Source of the DNA: an uncultured delta proteobacterium
Lineage (GTDB): Bacteria > Desulfobacterota > Desulfobacteria > Desulfobacterales > JAFDCJ01
NCBI GenBank assembly: GCA_963769935.1
Contig: CAVYNY010000022.1
Coordinates: forward strand, 672,001 to 736,000
Length of the DNA: 64,000 nt
Direction: 5' to 3'
Shown in pieces: positions 39,337-50,751 of the stretch. The number at the start of each line of letters is the position of its first letter. Within the stretch, counting starts at the first letter, position 1. The notes beneath the pieces were generated by a model. That model had not been told where the DNA came from and did not search any database. It saw only the letters and a list, made by a program, of their open reading frames with translations. Both the position numbers and the translations under genes were made by a program.

Positions 39337-40248
39337 TTATATCAACAACGCCGCGGACAGCGAAATAAATGATAACAGGGTTGACAGCGCGATGGCGGCC
39401 GAGGCGAGTTTCGTATCACTGTTCAATTGGGAGGAAAGGATATACAGTGCCGGCGAGGTGGGTAAAGCAAAATAGATCAGGCCCACTTTCAGGGCGATGC
39501 CCGAAACCCCGAACGCCGTTAAGAACAGGAAACCGGCGGCCGGCAGTACGAGCAGCTTGAATGTCGATGCAATCAGCGACAGTTTAAAATGATCTTTGAT
39601 GCCGTCCAATGATAGCGCTCCGCCGATGGAAAGCATGGCCATCGGCAGGGCTACGAATGAACACAACCGCAGCGTGCTGTCTATGAACGGCGGGAAGCCT
39701 TGCGCCCAATGGGCGTACAATATACCGCAGATGCAGGCCAGTATCAGGGGGTTGGTGATTAAACCTTTAGCGGTCTGGCGGATACGCTCGGCCGGCAGCA
39801 TTTTTACTCCTGAGAACCAGATGAGGGTGGATACACACAGCACATTGATGATGGGAATGATTATCCCGATTAAAATTCCGAAATGCTGGATGCCTTCCTC
39901 GCCGAGCGCAGTCAAGACAATGGCCACACCAATGTACGAGTTGAATCGGTAACAGCCTTGCGAGAAGGAGCCTGCTTTATAGTCGGGCACTTTGCAAAGC
40001 ACGATGAAGGTCGTGCTCAGCACATAAACGGTCAATACAGCACAAATGACGGCTTTGTACAGGCCGGAGCTGCTGGACAAAGCCGTGGAAGCGCCGCCGA
40101 TTTTCCAGAAAAGCAGCAGGGGGAAGAAAATATAGTAAACAAGCCGGTCGGCCGTTTTCAGGAACACATCATTTGTAAGCTGCCAACGCTTCAACAAACT
40201 GCCGAAAAAAATCAATGCAAAAACCGGAAACAGACTATTTAAGACCAT
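39337..40248 (-). CDS. AEC (auxin efflux carrier) family transporter
   Basis: PVFALI..G, LVYYIFFP.LLF, RFNSYIG, TNPLI, LSIGG; multi-TM. Confidence 0.88.
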   Translation of the reverse strand: MVLNSLFPVFALIFFGSLLKRWQLTNDVFLKTADRLVYYIFFPLLLFWKIGGASTALSSSSGLYKAVICAVLTVYVLSTTFIVLCKVPDYKAGSFSQGCYRFNSYIGVAIVLTALGEEGIQHFGILIGIIIPIINVLCVSTLIWFSGVKMLPAERIRQTAKGLITNPLILACICGILYAHWAQGFPPFIDSTLRLCSFVALPMAMLSIGGALSLDGIKDHFKLSLIASTFKLLVLPAAGFLFLTAFGVSGIALKVGLIYFALPTSPALYILSSQLNSDTKLASAAIALSTLLSFISLSAALLI

Positions 40249-40353
40249 ATATGTTAATTGACAATTTTGTGCGATTCTGTCAAATGAAACCCTCACCAGC
40301 CGGATGATATTTTTTAAAGATGAAGTCTTACGGATAAGAATAAAAGGAAAAAT

Positions 40354-41541
40354 ATGATGGAAAAGATGGGATGTCCGGGTTTTAAAGCTGCGGGAACGGC
40401 ATGCGGACTGAAAAAAAACGGACGCAAGGATCTGGGACTTATTTATTCGGAACTGCCGGCCAATGTTGCCGGATTATTTACCCGCAATCGGGTGCAGGCG
40501 GCTCCGGTCCTGCTCGACCGGCGACGAATCAGCACCGGCATCTGCCGCGGCCTTATTGTAAACAGCGGTAACGCCAACTGCTGCACCGGGGAGCAGGGCA
40601 TGCAGGCTGCGCTGCGGATGGCGCAAACAGCTGCCCGCAGCCTGGGAGTGGCCGAAGAAGAGATGCTGGTGGCGTCGACGGGAGTCATCGGCGAGCCGTT
40701 GCCCGTGGAAAAAATAGAGGCCGCCGTCCCGGGGTTGATCGCCGCCATGCACCCAGAGGGAATCGGGGATCTCGCCGAAGCGATCATGACCACGGATACC
40801 GTCCCCAAGGTTGTCCGCCGCCAGGCGGAACTTGAGGGCAAAACATTTACCGTGGCAGCCGTAGCCAAAGGGGCCGGCATGATCCGTCCGGATATGGCCA
40901 CTATGCTGTGTTTTGTCATGACCGATATTCAGGCCTCGGCCGCTGCGCTCAGGGAGATGCTGGCGGAATCGGTCGATCGCTCCTTAAACCGGATCACAGT
41001 GGATGGGGATACGAGCACCAACGACACGGTTCTCTTAATGGCCAACGGCCTGTCCGGCATCGCGGTTGATAATCAGATCCAGCGGCATGCGTTTCAGTCC
41101 GTACTTGATGATGTTCTGATCACCATGGCCAAATGGCTGATCAAAGATGGCGAGGGGGCCACCAAGCTGGTAGAAGTTATCGTTAAGGGTGCGGCATCGG
41201 ATCAGGATGCCCACAGGATTGCCGACACGATTGCCAATTCCAATCTGACCAAGACGGCCCTCTTCGGCGAAGACGCCAACTGGGGCAGAATTCTGGCAGC
41301 CGCCGGCCGTGCCGGGGTGCCGCTTGAGCCGGTAAAAATTGATATTGCGTTCGGACCGGTTTTAATGGTGCAAAACGGTCTCGGCTGCGGTAAGGCGGTG
41401 GAGGCCGAGGCCACCAGAATTCTCAAGCAACCCGAGTTCGAGATTACCATTGATCTGAAAATGGGCAGTGGGACCGCCAGCGTCTTCACCTGCGATTTTT
41501 CCATCGACTATGTAAAAATCAACGCGAATTATAGAACGTAA
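40354..41541 (+). CDS. argJ: Bifunctional ornithine acetyltransferase / N-acetylglutamate synthase
   Basis: NSGNANCCTG, STGVIG, IMTTDT, KGAGMIRPDMATML, DTSTND, DGEGATK, DANWGR. Confidence 0.97.
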   Translation: MMEKMGCPGFKAAGTACGLKKNGRKDLGLIYSELPANVAGLFTRNRVQAAPVLLDRRRISTGICRGLIVNSGNANCCTGEQGMQAALRMAQTAARSLGVAEEEMLVASTGVIGEPLPVEKIEAAVPGLIAAMHPEGIGDLAEAIMTTDTVPKVVRRQAELEGKTFTVAAVAKGAGMIRPDMATMLCFVMTDIQASAAALREMLAESVDRSLNRITVDGDTSTNDTVLLMANGLSGIAVDNQIQRHAFQSVLDDVLITMAKWLIKDGEGATKLVEVIVKGAASDQDAHRIADTIANSNLTKTALFGEDANWGRILAAAGRAGVPLEPVKIDIAFGPVLMVQNGLGCGKAVEAEATRILKQPEFEITIDLKMGSGTASVFTCDFSIDYVKINANYRT

Positions 41542-41547
41542 TCCTGA

Positions 41548-41675
41548 TCCGCCGGAGGCGGAGAATTGAAAATTGAATATTGAAAATTGAATATTTTTGG
41601 ATGTCGCTTCGCTCCGTTTTTCTAAAAATGGCCAGAATTTCTTAAATATTCAATATTCAATCGAAAATATTCAAT
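41548..41675. repeat. Heptamer-arm element (ATTGAAW type)
   Basis: tccgccggaggcgga then attgaaa attgaat attgaaa attgaat...aaatattcaatattcaatcgaaaatattcaat; core ggatgtcgcttcgct. Confidence 0.85.
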
Positions 41676-41686
41676 AATCCATAGCC

Positions 41687-42412
41687 ATGACCCTCATGCG
41701 CCTTCAAAAGTTTCTTTCCGCGGCCGGCGTCTGCTCGCGCCGGAAAGGCGAGGAATACATCAAAGCCGGGCGGGTTGCCGTCAACGGCCAAATTGCAGCT
41801 GAACTCGGCACAAAAATTGATCCGGACAGGGATCTGGTGCAGGTGGACGGAAAATCGGTCAAATCTTCCCAGCCTTATGTTTATATCGCATTGAACAAAC
41901 CGCAGGAGTATGTCACCAGCTGCAGCCATCCGGGCGAAAAGGTTGTGATTGACCTGGTGGATATTTCCCAGCGGATTTATCCGATCGGCAGACTGGATAA
42001 AGATTCCACCGGCCTGTTGCTTTTAACCAATGACGGACGGCTGCACCATCGGCTCAGCCATCCCTCCTTTGACCATGAAAAGGAATACGACGTCACCACG
42101 GCCCAAACCATCACGGATGGTGCCTTGGCCAAACTGGCCGCCGGGCTGCCGCTGATGGGCACCAAAACCCGCCCGGCACGGGTCCGTCGGATATCAGGCA
42201 AAAGGTTTCGGATTATTTTACAGGAAGGGAGAAACCGCCAAATCCGCCGCATGGTTCGTAAAGTGGGCGGTCAGGTGACCCGGCTTAAACGCATCCGGGT
42301 CGGCGACGTCAACCTGGGGCGCCTGCCCCTGGGAAGCTGGCGCCATTTAACCGAGAAAGAAACGCATCATCTCCTATCCCCGATTATTCGGGACGAGCAA
42401 GGACAAATTTAG
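41687..42412 (+). CDS. RsuA/RluB-family rRNA pseudouridine synthase
   Basis: RLQKFLSAAGVCSRR (S4 domain), LNKP, PIGRLDKDSTGLLLLTNDG, EGRNRQIRRM. Confidence 0.94.
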   Translation: MTLMRLQKFLSAAGVCSRRKGEEYIKAGRVAVNGQIAAELGTKIDPDRDLVQVDGKSVKSSQPYVYIALNKPQEYVTSCSHPGEKVVIDLVDISQRIYPIGRLDKDSTGLLLLTNDGRLHHRLSHPSFDHEKEYDVTTAQTITDGALAKLAAGLPLMGTKTRPARVRRISGKRFRIILQEGRNRQIRRMVRKVGGQVTRLKRIRVGDVNLGRLPLGSWRHLTEKETHHLLSPIIRDEQGQI

Positions 42413-42576
42413 AATATTCTGCGATGTCGACAATTCCTCTCACTTCTACCTATTTTGCTGAAACTTGGAAACTTTTGTGGTACTATTTTCACAAGGCTTC
42501 TGTGAGATCAACGCTTTTTTTTATATTTTTGCTGAGCGCAGTCTAAAATTGAATAAAAAAGGGTGGAGCAGCAATT

Positions 42577-43887
42577 ATGATTACCTTTGAAGCATTGATT
42601 GCCAGGCAAACTAAGATTGCCATAGTCGGTCTGGGATATGTCGGCTTGCCACTGGCGGTTCAGCTGGCAGACCATTTTTCGGTTGTCGGATTTGATTTGA
42701 AGACCAAAAGAATTCAGGAGCTTCGATCCGGCTTTGACCGCACCCTCGAAACTTCAAAAGCGCAGCTCGGCAAATCCGATTTACACTATACGGATGATCC
42801 GGCAGACCTGACAGCCTGCCGGCTGATTATAATAGCCGTTCCAACCCCCATTGACGAATACCGGATTCCGGACCTGAGTCCGCTGCGGGGAGCATCGCAA
42901 ATCGTCGGAAAGCATTTGCAAAAGGATTCATGCGTTGTCTATGAATCCACCGTATACCCGGGAGCTACCGAAGAGGTTTGCATCCCGATTCTGGAGGCGG
43001 AATCCGGTTTGAAGTGTGGGCAGGATTTTACGGCGGGATACTCTCCGGAGCGCATTAATCCGGGTGACAAGGTTCACACGTTGGACAGAATCATGAAGAT
43101 TGTCGCCGGCTCGGACCCAGCCACTTGCGAGATGCTGTCCAAGGTGTACGGCAAGGTCGTGCAGGCGGGAATCCATCGCGCATCCTCAATTAAAGTGGCC
43201 GAGGCTGCCAAAGTGATCGAGAATACTCAGCGGGATCTGAATATTGCCCTGATGAACGAGCTGGCCAAGATATTTGAGATTATCGGCATTGACACCCATG
43301 AGGTTCTGGAAGCCGCAGGAACGAAATGGAATTTTTTGCCGTTCAGGCCCGGCCTGGTGGGCGGCCATTGTATCGGTGTCGATCCCTATTATCTGACATT
43401 CAAGGCCGAGGCTTTGGGCTATCACCCTGAAATGATTCTGGCGGGCCGGCGGATCAACGACGGCATGGGCAAACATATTGCCGAGCGGACGGTGAAAATG
43501 CTCATCGGGGCCGGCAAACAGGTGCGCGGCGCCCGGGTGGCCATACTGGGCATCACGTTCAAGGAAGACGTGCCCGACCTGCGCAACACCAGGGTGGTCG
43601 ATATCATCAAGGAATTAAAAGATTACGGTATCAACGTTCTGGTCAGCGACCCGCTGGCCGACCCGGACGAGGCGCAAAAATACTATGGCGTAGAACTGCT
43701 GCCCCTCGAAGCGATTCGAGCTGTGGATGCCGTCATTCTGGCCGTCATGCACAAGGCCTACCGCGAAGGTGGTTTGGAGGGTCTCGCGCGGTTGGGCACC
43801 GACAGCAAGGCACTGATTGTGGATGTCAAAGGGTGTTTCAGCCCGACCCAGGCCCTAGAAATGGGCCTTTCATACTGGCGGCTGTGA
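42577..43887 (+). CDS. UDP-N-acetylhexosamine 6-dehydrogenase (TviB/WbpO-like)
   Basis: GLGYVGLPLA, YESTVYPG, YSPERINPGD, KVIENTQRD, GGHCIGVDPYYL. Confidence 0.93.
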   Translation: MITFEALIARQTKIAIVGLGYVGLPLAVQLADHFSVVGFDLKTKRIQELRSGFDRTLETSKAQLGKSDLHYTDDPADLTACRLIIIAVPTPIDEYRIPDLSPLRGASQIVGKHLQKDSCVVYESTVYPGATEEVCIPILEAESGLKCGQDFTAGYSPERINPGDKVHTLDRIMKIVAGSDPATCEMLSKVYGKVVQAGIHRASSIKVAEAAKVIENTQRDLNIALMNELAKIFEIIGIDTHEVLEAAGTKWNFLPFRPGLVGGHCIGVDPYYLTFKAEALGYHPEMILAGRRINDGMGKHIAERTVKMLIGAGKQVRGARVAILGITFKEDVPDLRNTRVVDIIKELKDYGINVLVSDPLADPDEAQKYYGVELLPLEAIRAVDAVILAVMHKAYREGGLEGLARLGTDSKALIVDVKGCFSPTQALEMGLSYWRL

Positions 43888-43990
43888 TTCAAGGTCCGAC
43901 CGGGGCTGTAAATTCAGTTTGTATTTTGCCTTAAAATTAGATACGTTTCTCGGCACCGGAAAATAATCAGCGCTGAAAGGATTACCGCCA

Positions 43991-44668
43991 ATGCTTCACA
44001 ACAAGTATGAAGAGATAAGACACCTCATCTGGCAAGAAGAGAAAAAGCATCTGATGAAAAAAGTTGCTTTTGACCTGATAGTTAGTGATGCGTTGCGAAT
44101 CGGCGAGTTTATACTTTACTCCGGGAAAAAGAGCCCCTATTACATCGACCTCCGGCAGACAATCTCAGATCCGGCGACCATGGATTTGATTGCCGAATCC
44201 CTGGCTCGAATCATAGACAATGAAGTTGGCCGCGACAAATTCGACAAGATAATGGGAGTTCCGACAGCGGGCGTCCCTTTCACGGCCCTCGTGTGCCAAA
44301 AGTTGTCCAAGCCCATGCTCTACTACCGCAAGGAAAAGAAAGAACATGGTGTCCGCAAAAAAATTGAAGGCAAGATGGATGCAAATGACCGCATCCTCAT
44401 GATAGACGATCTTATCACCACCGGTAAGAGTGTGGTTCAGGCGGCAGAAGGCGCCCGGGAGCAAGGCGGACAGGTCACCGAGCTGGTAGTGCTTTTAGAC
44501 AGAGAGCAGGGAGGGCGCGAATTCCTCCTGTCCAACAACATCCGGCCCCACGTTCTATTCAACGTTTCCGAGGCCTTTAAATGGCTCAATGAAGTCAAGT
44601 TGCTGAGCGACGATCTTTACCAGGTGATCACGGATTATATCCAAGCAGAAAAAGAATCCCGGGGGTGA
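43991..44668 (+). CDS. pyrE: Orotate phosphoribosyltransferase
   Basis: GEF.L.SGKKSPYYIDLR, RKEKKEHG, IDDLITTG.S, LLDREQGG. Confidence 0.9.
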   Translation: MLHNKYEEIRHLIWQEEKKHLMKKVAFDLIVSDALRIGEFILYSGKKSPYYIDLRQTISDPATMDLIAESLARIIDNEVGRDKFDKIMGVPTAGVPFTALVCQKLSKPMLYYRKEKKEHGVRKKIEGKMDANDRILMIDDLITTGKSVVQAAEGAREQGGQVTELVVLLDREQGGREFLLSNNIRPHVLFNVSEAFKWLNEVKLLSDDLYQVITDYIQAEKESRG

Positions 44669-44830
44669 GCAAAAACTCATATGGGATTGCAACGGTCGGC
44701 GCCTGCGGGCGGAAATCATCATTTGTTCGTTGCCGGGTGGGGAAAATCTTGTCCGGCAAACATATTAAACCGGCCCGACTGTTGAATGGAGAGGTTGGTT
44801 GCAAGTCATCCAGACAAGCCTGATGGCGGT

Positions 44831-45592
44831 CTAAACTGCGCTCGCACCGCCATCCACCAACAGCGTCTGTCCGGTGATAAAATCCGAGGCTTCCGAACAT
44901 AAGAATAAAACGGGCCAGGCCACGTCCACCGGCGCAGCAATTCTTCCCAGGGGAATGGTTTTTACGATTTGCTCATAAAGATTTGCATCCGACCAGAACG
45001 GCTCACTGAATTTGGTGCGAACCATGCAGGGTGCGACCGCGTTGGCCTGAATGTTAAAGGGAGCCAATTCCTGGGCCATAACCTTGGTCATCATCTCAAG
45101 GCCGGCCTTGGCCACCCCGTAAATTCCCATAAAGGGCGCCGAACGCCTTGCGGCAATCGATGATATGCTTACAATCTTGCCTTTTTTCTGTCCCCGCATG
45201 AGTTGACCCGCTTTACGAGCACACAAAAATGCACCGTTCAAATTGCTGTCGATGATTTTATTCCATAGTCCGGGGTCGGCATCTACCAAGCCCGTCGCAA
45301 TGTTCATACCTACGTTGTTGATGAGTCCGTCGATGCGGCCGAAGGCCTCGATGGCCGTTTGGAACAGCCGGTCAACTTCTTCGGTCTTGGCGACATGGGC
45401 TTGAACGGTTTTTAAACAGTCGCCGGCATTGATCGCCGCAGCGGCCGCATCCAATCCTTCCTGTTTGCGGCCGCAAATTACAACCTTGGCTTTCTGATTC
45501 AACAGAAGTCCGGCGATTTCCAACCCTATACCCCGGCTGCCGCCGGTCACAACAAATACTTTATTTTCAAGATTGAAAGACAATTGCGCCAT
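44831..45592 (-). CDS. Short-chain dehydrogenase/reductase
   Basis: TGGSRGIG, YGVAK, ANAVAP, ITGQTLLVDGG. Confidence 0.93.
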   Translation of the reverse strand: MAQLSFNLENKVFVVTGGSRGIGLEIAGLLLNQKAKVVICGRKQEGLDAAAAAINAGDCLKTVQAHVAKTEEVDRLFQTAIEAFGRIDGLINNVGMNIATGLVDADPGLWNKIIDSNLNGAFLCARKAGQLMRGQKKGKIVSISSIAARRSAPFMGIYGVAKAGLEMMTKVMAQELAPFNIQANAVAPCMVRTKFSEPFWSDANLYEQIVKTIPLGRIAAPVDVAWPVLFLCSEASDFITGQTLLVDGGASAV

Positions 45593-45635
45593 GGCGTCTT
45601 CCTTATTTCTGTTCTCTGTCTTCCGGCCGCTGCTC

Positions 45636-47441
45636 TTATTCGATATAGAGCTTTTGTCCAGGATAGATTTTACTTCCGGAATAAAGCTGGTTTAAAAAAA
45701 GCAGGCGATTGAGCGACATATTGTGACGGACGGCGATTACGAAAGGACTGTCGCCCGGCTTCACCTCATAGGTAGACAATCCGTCGACCGCCGCCGGCGC
45801 CTTGTCGCCCGCAAAAATCGTCAGGAGCTGCCCCTGATAAAGATTGGTGGTAGTCAGATTGTTAAGTTCCTGGATTTTGGTCGTCGTCGTGCCGTATTTT
45901 CTGGCGATGGTCCACAGCGAATCGCCTTTGGCGACGATGTGGGTAACGGTCTCGGCATACGCCGCCTGCCGGACAGTCTGCGGTTCACTTTTCATATAAC
46001 CGCGCTGGGGAACTTTTAAGCGTTGACCGGCCACAATGAAATTTGAACGACGCAAATTATTGGCCCGCATAATTCCGCCGACGCTGGTACGATACTTTCG
46101 TGCAATAACCGACAGTGTTTCTCCGTGCCGAACACGGTGATAGACATACGCCGGCTGGGGAGGATTCGATATGGGAATTTGATCCAATTGGGCCAGCAGC
46201 GATTCGCCGGAGCCCTGCGGAATTTTAAGCGCATAGTTGTCGCCCGGTAAGATGTGATAACGCAGTTCCGGATTCAGCTCTTTTAAAACCTGATCATCGA
46301 CATGGATAAATTTGGCTACATCTTTCAGACTGACCTGTTTGTTGACAAGGACGGTATCGAATTCCAGGGGCGGCTCGACGGAGACCTGATCCAGCCCATA
46401 CTTTTCCAGGTTGTTCAGCACGTGCAGGGTGGCCAGAAAGCGCGGCACGTAGCGGGCGGTTTCCCGGGGCAGGCGTTCGTACAGATCCCAGAAGTTGTCC
46501 AGGTAGTTGACATTTTGACTGCGAATGACCATCAATACCCTTCCTTCACCGCAATTGTAGGCTGCCAGAACTGTGGCCCAGTCACCGAATATGTTGTGAA
46601 GTTCTTTGAGATATTCGATGGCGGCCTCGGTTGACTTGGCCGGGTCCATGCGCTCATCGACGAATTTGTTGCGATGCAGGCCGAATTTATAGCCGGTTGA
46701 GGGAATAAACTGCCACAGGCCCAGGGCCCTGGATCTTGAAAGGGCATTGACCTTGAAGCCGCTTTCGATTAACGGCAGCCATGACAACTCTTCCGGCAAG
46801 CCGGCTTCCCGGAAAGCCTTTGCAATATCCTGGCGATAACGGCCGGAGCGCCGGAAGGCTTCCTTAAAAAAGCTGCTTTCGCTGCCTTCCGTGAAAAGGT
46901 TGATCTCAGCTTGAACGTGTTGATTTACAACCACCGGAATCTCATTATGGCTTCCGTTGACCACGATATTACGCGAAGCATAGATTTCCAGAATGCGTTT
47001 GGAAATCATAAAGCGCAAGTCTTCTTTTTGCTGAATAAGTTTGGGTTGATCCGCCGTATCAACACCCAGAATTAAGGCATAGGCCCGATCCAGAGCATCC
47101 AATGCATTTTCGAGTTCACCCTGCTGCCAGTAGTCCTGGGATGATTCACATAACTCGAGGGCTTCATCAAGATCCGTCTGGATCTTCTGGGTGGAAGAGG
47201 CATCGGTTTCCAGGCCGTCATCACTTTTCGCCTGCCCGGCGGTGGCGTTTCCGGCATCTGTTTGATCCGGCTCACTATCGGCAGTAGAATCCAGCTGTTG
47301 ATCTTCTCCTGCCGCAAGGCCGGCGGTTTTTTCCTGAAGATTGGGGTTGGGTGATCCATTATGGTTGAAAGAAACGTGGGAGCATGCGCTTAAGAAAAAA
47401 AGCAGCAGAATGGGCGGAAACAACTGGCGTAGATTCATCAA
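45636..47441 (-). CDS. MltD-like lytic transglycosylase lipoprotein with LysM domains
   Basis: LSAC lipobox; LPLIESGF, GLWQFIPSTG, AAYNCGEG, ETARYVP; three LysM repeats. Confidence 0.92.
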   Translation of the reverse strand: MMNLRQLFPPILLLFFLSACSHVSFNHNGSPNPNLQEKTAGLAAGEDQQLDSTADSEPDQTDAGNATAGQAKSDDGLETDASSTQKIQTDLDEALELCESSQDYWQQGELENALDALDRAYALILGVDTADQPKLIQQKEDLRFMISKRILEIYASRNIVVNGSHNEIPVVVNQHVQAEINLFTEGSESSFFKEAFRRSGRYRQDIAKAFREAGLPEELSWLPLIESGFKVNALSRSRALGLWQFIPSTGYKFGLHRNKFVDERMDPAKSTEAAIEYLKELHNIFGDWATVLAAYNCGEGRVLMVIRSQNVNYLDNFWDLYERLPRETARYVPRFLATLHVLNNLEKYGLDQVSVEPPLEFDTVLVNKQVSLKDVAKFIHVDDQVLKELNPELRYHILPGDNYALKIPQGSGESLLAQLDQIPISNPPQPAYVYHRVRHGETLSVIARKYRTSVGGIMRANNLRRSNFIVAGQRLKVPQRGYMKSEPQTVRQAAYAETVTHIVAKGDSLWTIARKYGTTTTKIQELNNLTTTNLYQGQLLTIFAGDKAPAAVDGLSTYEVKPGDSPFVIAVRHNMSLNRLLFLNQLYSGSKIYPGQKLYIE

Positions 47442-47629
47442 TTCAATTCCTTAGGGTAGTCAGATATTCAAAACAACTTTCGGAAACCGGCGCTCATTTT
47501 TGATTTTAATTTGCACACAAGTATTGATTAATCAAAAATAAGTAAAATTGTCAAGGGTTTATAAAATTTTTTTTTATCGATAAAAGAAACCGGCTGCCGG
47601 GGGATATTTCAACTATCCCTTTCGATCAA

Positions 47630-47645
47630 TGCTAATTTTATGCCA
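47630..47645 (-). promoter_or_regulatory. Putative sigma54 promoter upstream of the mltD-like gene
   Basis: Minus strand TGGCATAAAATTAGCA (GG-N10-GC). Confidence 0.4.
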
Positions 47646-47950
47646 AAATTTTCAAAGTCCCTTTTCAAATCAAAAATAATGCTTATTTTGCAGAGCTGTA
47701 CACAGGAACGACAGTTGATTCCGGATATAATTTCTTACGAGGGGGGGCGTTGATATCATTAAAATTTTTTATATTTGACGGGAACTGCAGGCGTCCAAAC
47801 CGAAAAATCAGACAAATTTTTGACGGTTAATTTTAATTATTGAAATTTAAGCAGATTTATCATATACGTAAAGACAACCTTTTTTATGTGTATTATGGAT
47901 AGCGGGGAGCCGAAAATAAAATCAGACGATCATCTGCTTTTGACTTTCAA

Positions 47951-48084
47951 TATTCCATTTTTCCAGTATTCCATTATTCCATGAGTTTTCTGGCGGCAAA
48001 CACCACCCCTCTCTCCGAGCCGTAGGCTCTGCGAGCCGGAAGCTGGAGTGAAGTCAAAGCCCGGCCCTCTGGGCCAGGATTCTT
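47951..48084. repeat. 8-bp tandem run plus partial 43-bp repeat (copy 4)
   Basis: tattccat ttttccag tattccat tattccat; aaagcccggccctctgggccaggattctt. Confidence 0.65.
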
Positions 48085-48359
48085 TACATATACTGGAGGT
48101 TACATTTTGACGTTACGGGTACTTTAAATTGGGCAGAAGCAATTTTTAAAGGATTTGTTTGAAATTTAGAGAAAATCGATAATTAAAGATAAAATAAGCA
48201 ATTATAGTCTTATAATCGGATTTTATGATGAATAGTTGTATTTTATTGGACTTGATATTTTCATTAGAGATCGTTAAAAAAGTTTGTTTTAAGTGTAGGG
48301 GGCCTGTCTCAACCATTATCAATCATTTTTGATATGATTTTAAGAGGTTAAGTTGTGAG

Positions 48360-48435
48360 GCCAGCGTAGCTCAGCTGGTAGAGCAACTGATTTGTAATCA
48401 GTAGGCCGGGGGTTCGAATCCCTTCGCTGGCTCCA
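48360..48435 (+). tRNA. tRNA-Thr(TGT)
   Basis: Cloverleaf, anticodon arm ctgat-tTGTa-atcag, GGTTCGAATCC, encoded CCA. Confidence 0.97.
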
Positions 48436-48608
48436 GATGTAATTTCGGCCGCAGCCGTCTGGCGGAGCCGGCTGAAAATGAATGTTGCCGAGACAATAAG
48501 GCTCATAATCCTAATTTTAAAGGTTCGGCTGGATCCGGAGGATGACGGGCACGATAATCATCGTCCGACCTCGCAGGGTCTCCGGACCAATTTGTCAATA
48601 ACCAGCAC

Positions 48609-48693
48609 GGTGGGGTTCCCGAGCGGCCAAAGGGAACAGACTGTAAATCTGTCGGCGAAGCCTACGGAGGTTCGAATCCTCCCCCCACCACCA
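48609..48693 (+). tRNA. tRNA-Tyr(GTA)
   Basis: 85 nt, acaga-ctGTAaa-tctgt, long variable arm, CCA. Confidence 0.97.
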
Positions 48694-48854
48694 GCCTGAA
48701 GATAAGGCGTATGTAGGAGATTTCGGAACATTATATCGGGATCGTTGAGAGACTACATGGCTTCCTGCAGGAGTTTATTGCACGGTTAGAGGAACCTTTT
48801 GTCGTTGCCTTCACTGATGTCTCTGTGTCGGGGATAACGCCTGTAATCGTACGA

Positions 48855-48930
48855 GCGGGAGTAGCTCAGTTGGTAGAGCTTCAGCCTTCCAAGCTGGATG
48901 TCGCGAGTTCGAGTCTCGTCTCCCGCTCCA
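48855..48930 (+). tRNA. tRNA-Gly(TCC)
   Basis: cagc-ctTCCaa-gctg, GTTCGAG, CCA. Confidence 0.97.
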
Positions 48931-49000
48931 GACTGATTTTTTTATGGAGATTTACCCGAGCAGGTAAAAAGGGAAACTAAAAAGGTACCCAATACAAATC

Positions 49001-49077
49001 GCCCACGTAGCTCAGTAGGTAGAGCGCTTCCTTGGTAAGGAAGAGGTTCAACGGTTCGATTCCGTTCGTGGGCTCCA
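49001..49077 (+). tRNA. tRNA-Thr(GGT)
   Basis: cttcc-ttGGTaa-ggaag, GGTTCGATTCC, CCA. Confidence 0.97.
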
Positions 49078-49197
49078 CTGAAAAACCTGCCGGTCAAATT
49101 ACGATCGCAACTTGGGTGCGGTCTTTACGCGGGTTGCATTTTCAGACGGAAACCTCGACATGAAATAATATCCTAAAAACCATGGGAGGAAGGAACG

Positions 49198-50393
<1,196 letters not shown>

Positions 50394-50412
50394 AAGCTAA
50401 GGAGTCCTTCAG

Positions 50413-50562
50413 GTGAGAATAATTGTTACCCTTGCATGCACTGAATGCAAACGCAGAAATTACTCGACAACCAAGAATAAGCGCACGACGCCGGATAAGC
50501 TGGAATTTAGCAAATATTGCCGGTTTTGCCGCAAGCATACGCCGCATAAGGAAACAAAATAG
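50413..50562 (+). CDS. rpmG: 50S ribosomal protein L33 (Zn-binding form)
   Basis: Manual translation [49 protein letters not shown]. Confidence 0.97.
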   Translation: MRIIVTLACTECKRRNYSTTKNKRTTPDKLEFSKYCRFCRKHTPHKETK

Positions 50563-50675
50563 GCGATCACACGCGGATCAAGCAGATCGAGGGACGCAGC
50601 ATTGTCGTAATTCAATACAGGAACTTGCAAACTCGGCTGATCATTGGCAATTGCCAATTGCGAAACCGATGATGC

Positions 50676-50751
50676 AGGCCAGTAGCTCTAACGGTAGAGC
50701 ATCGGACTCCAAATCCGGGTGTTGGGGGTTCGAATCCCTCCTGGCCTGCCA
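50676..50751 (+). tRNA. tRNA-Trp(CCA)
   Basis: tcgga-ctCCAaa-tccgg, GGTTCGAATCC, CCA. Confidence 0.97.
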
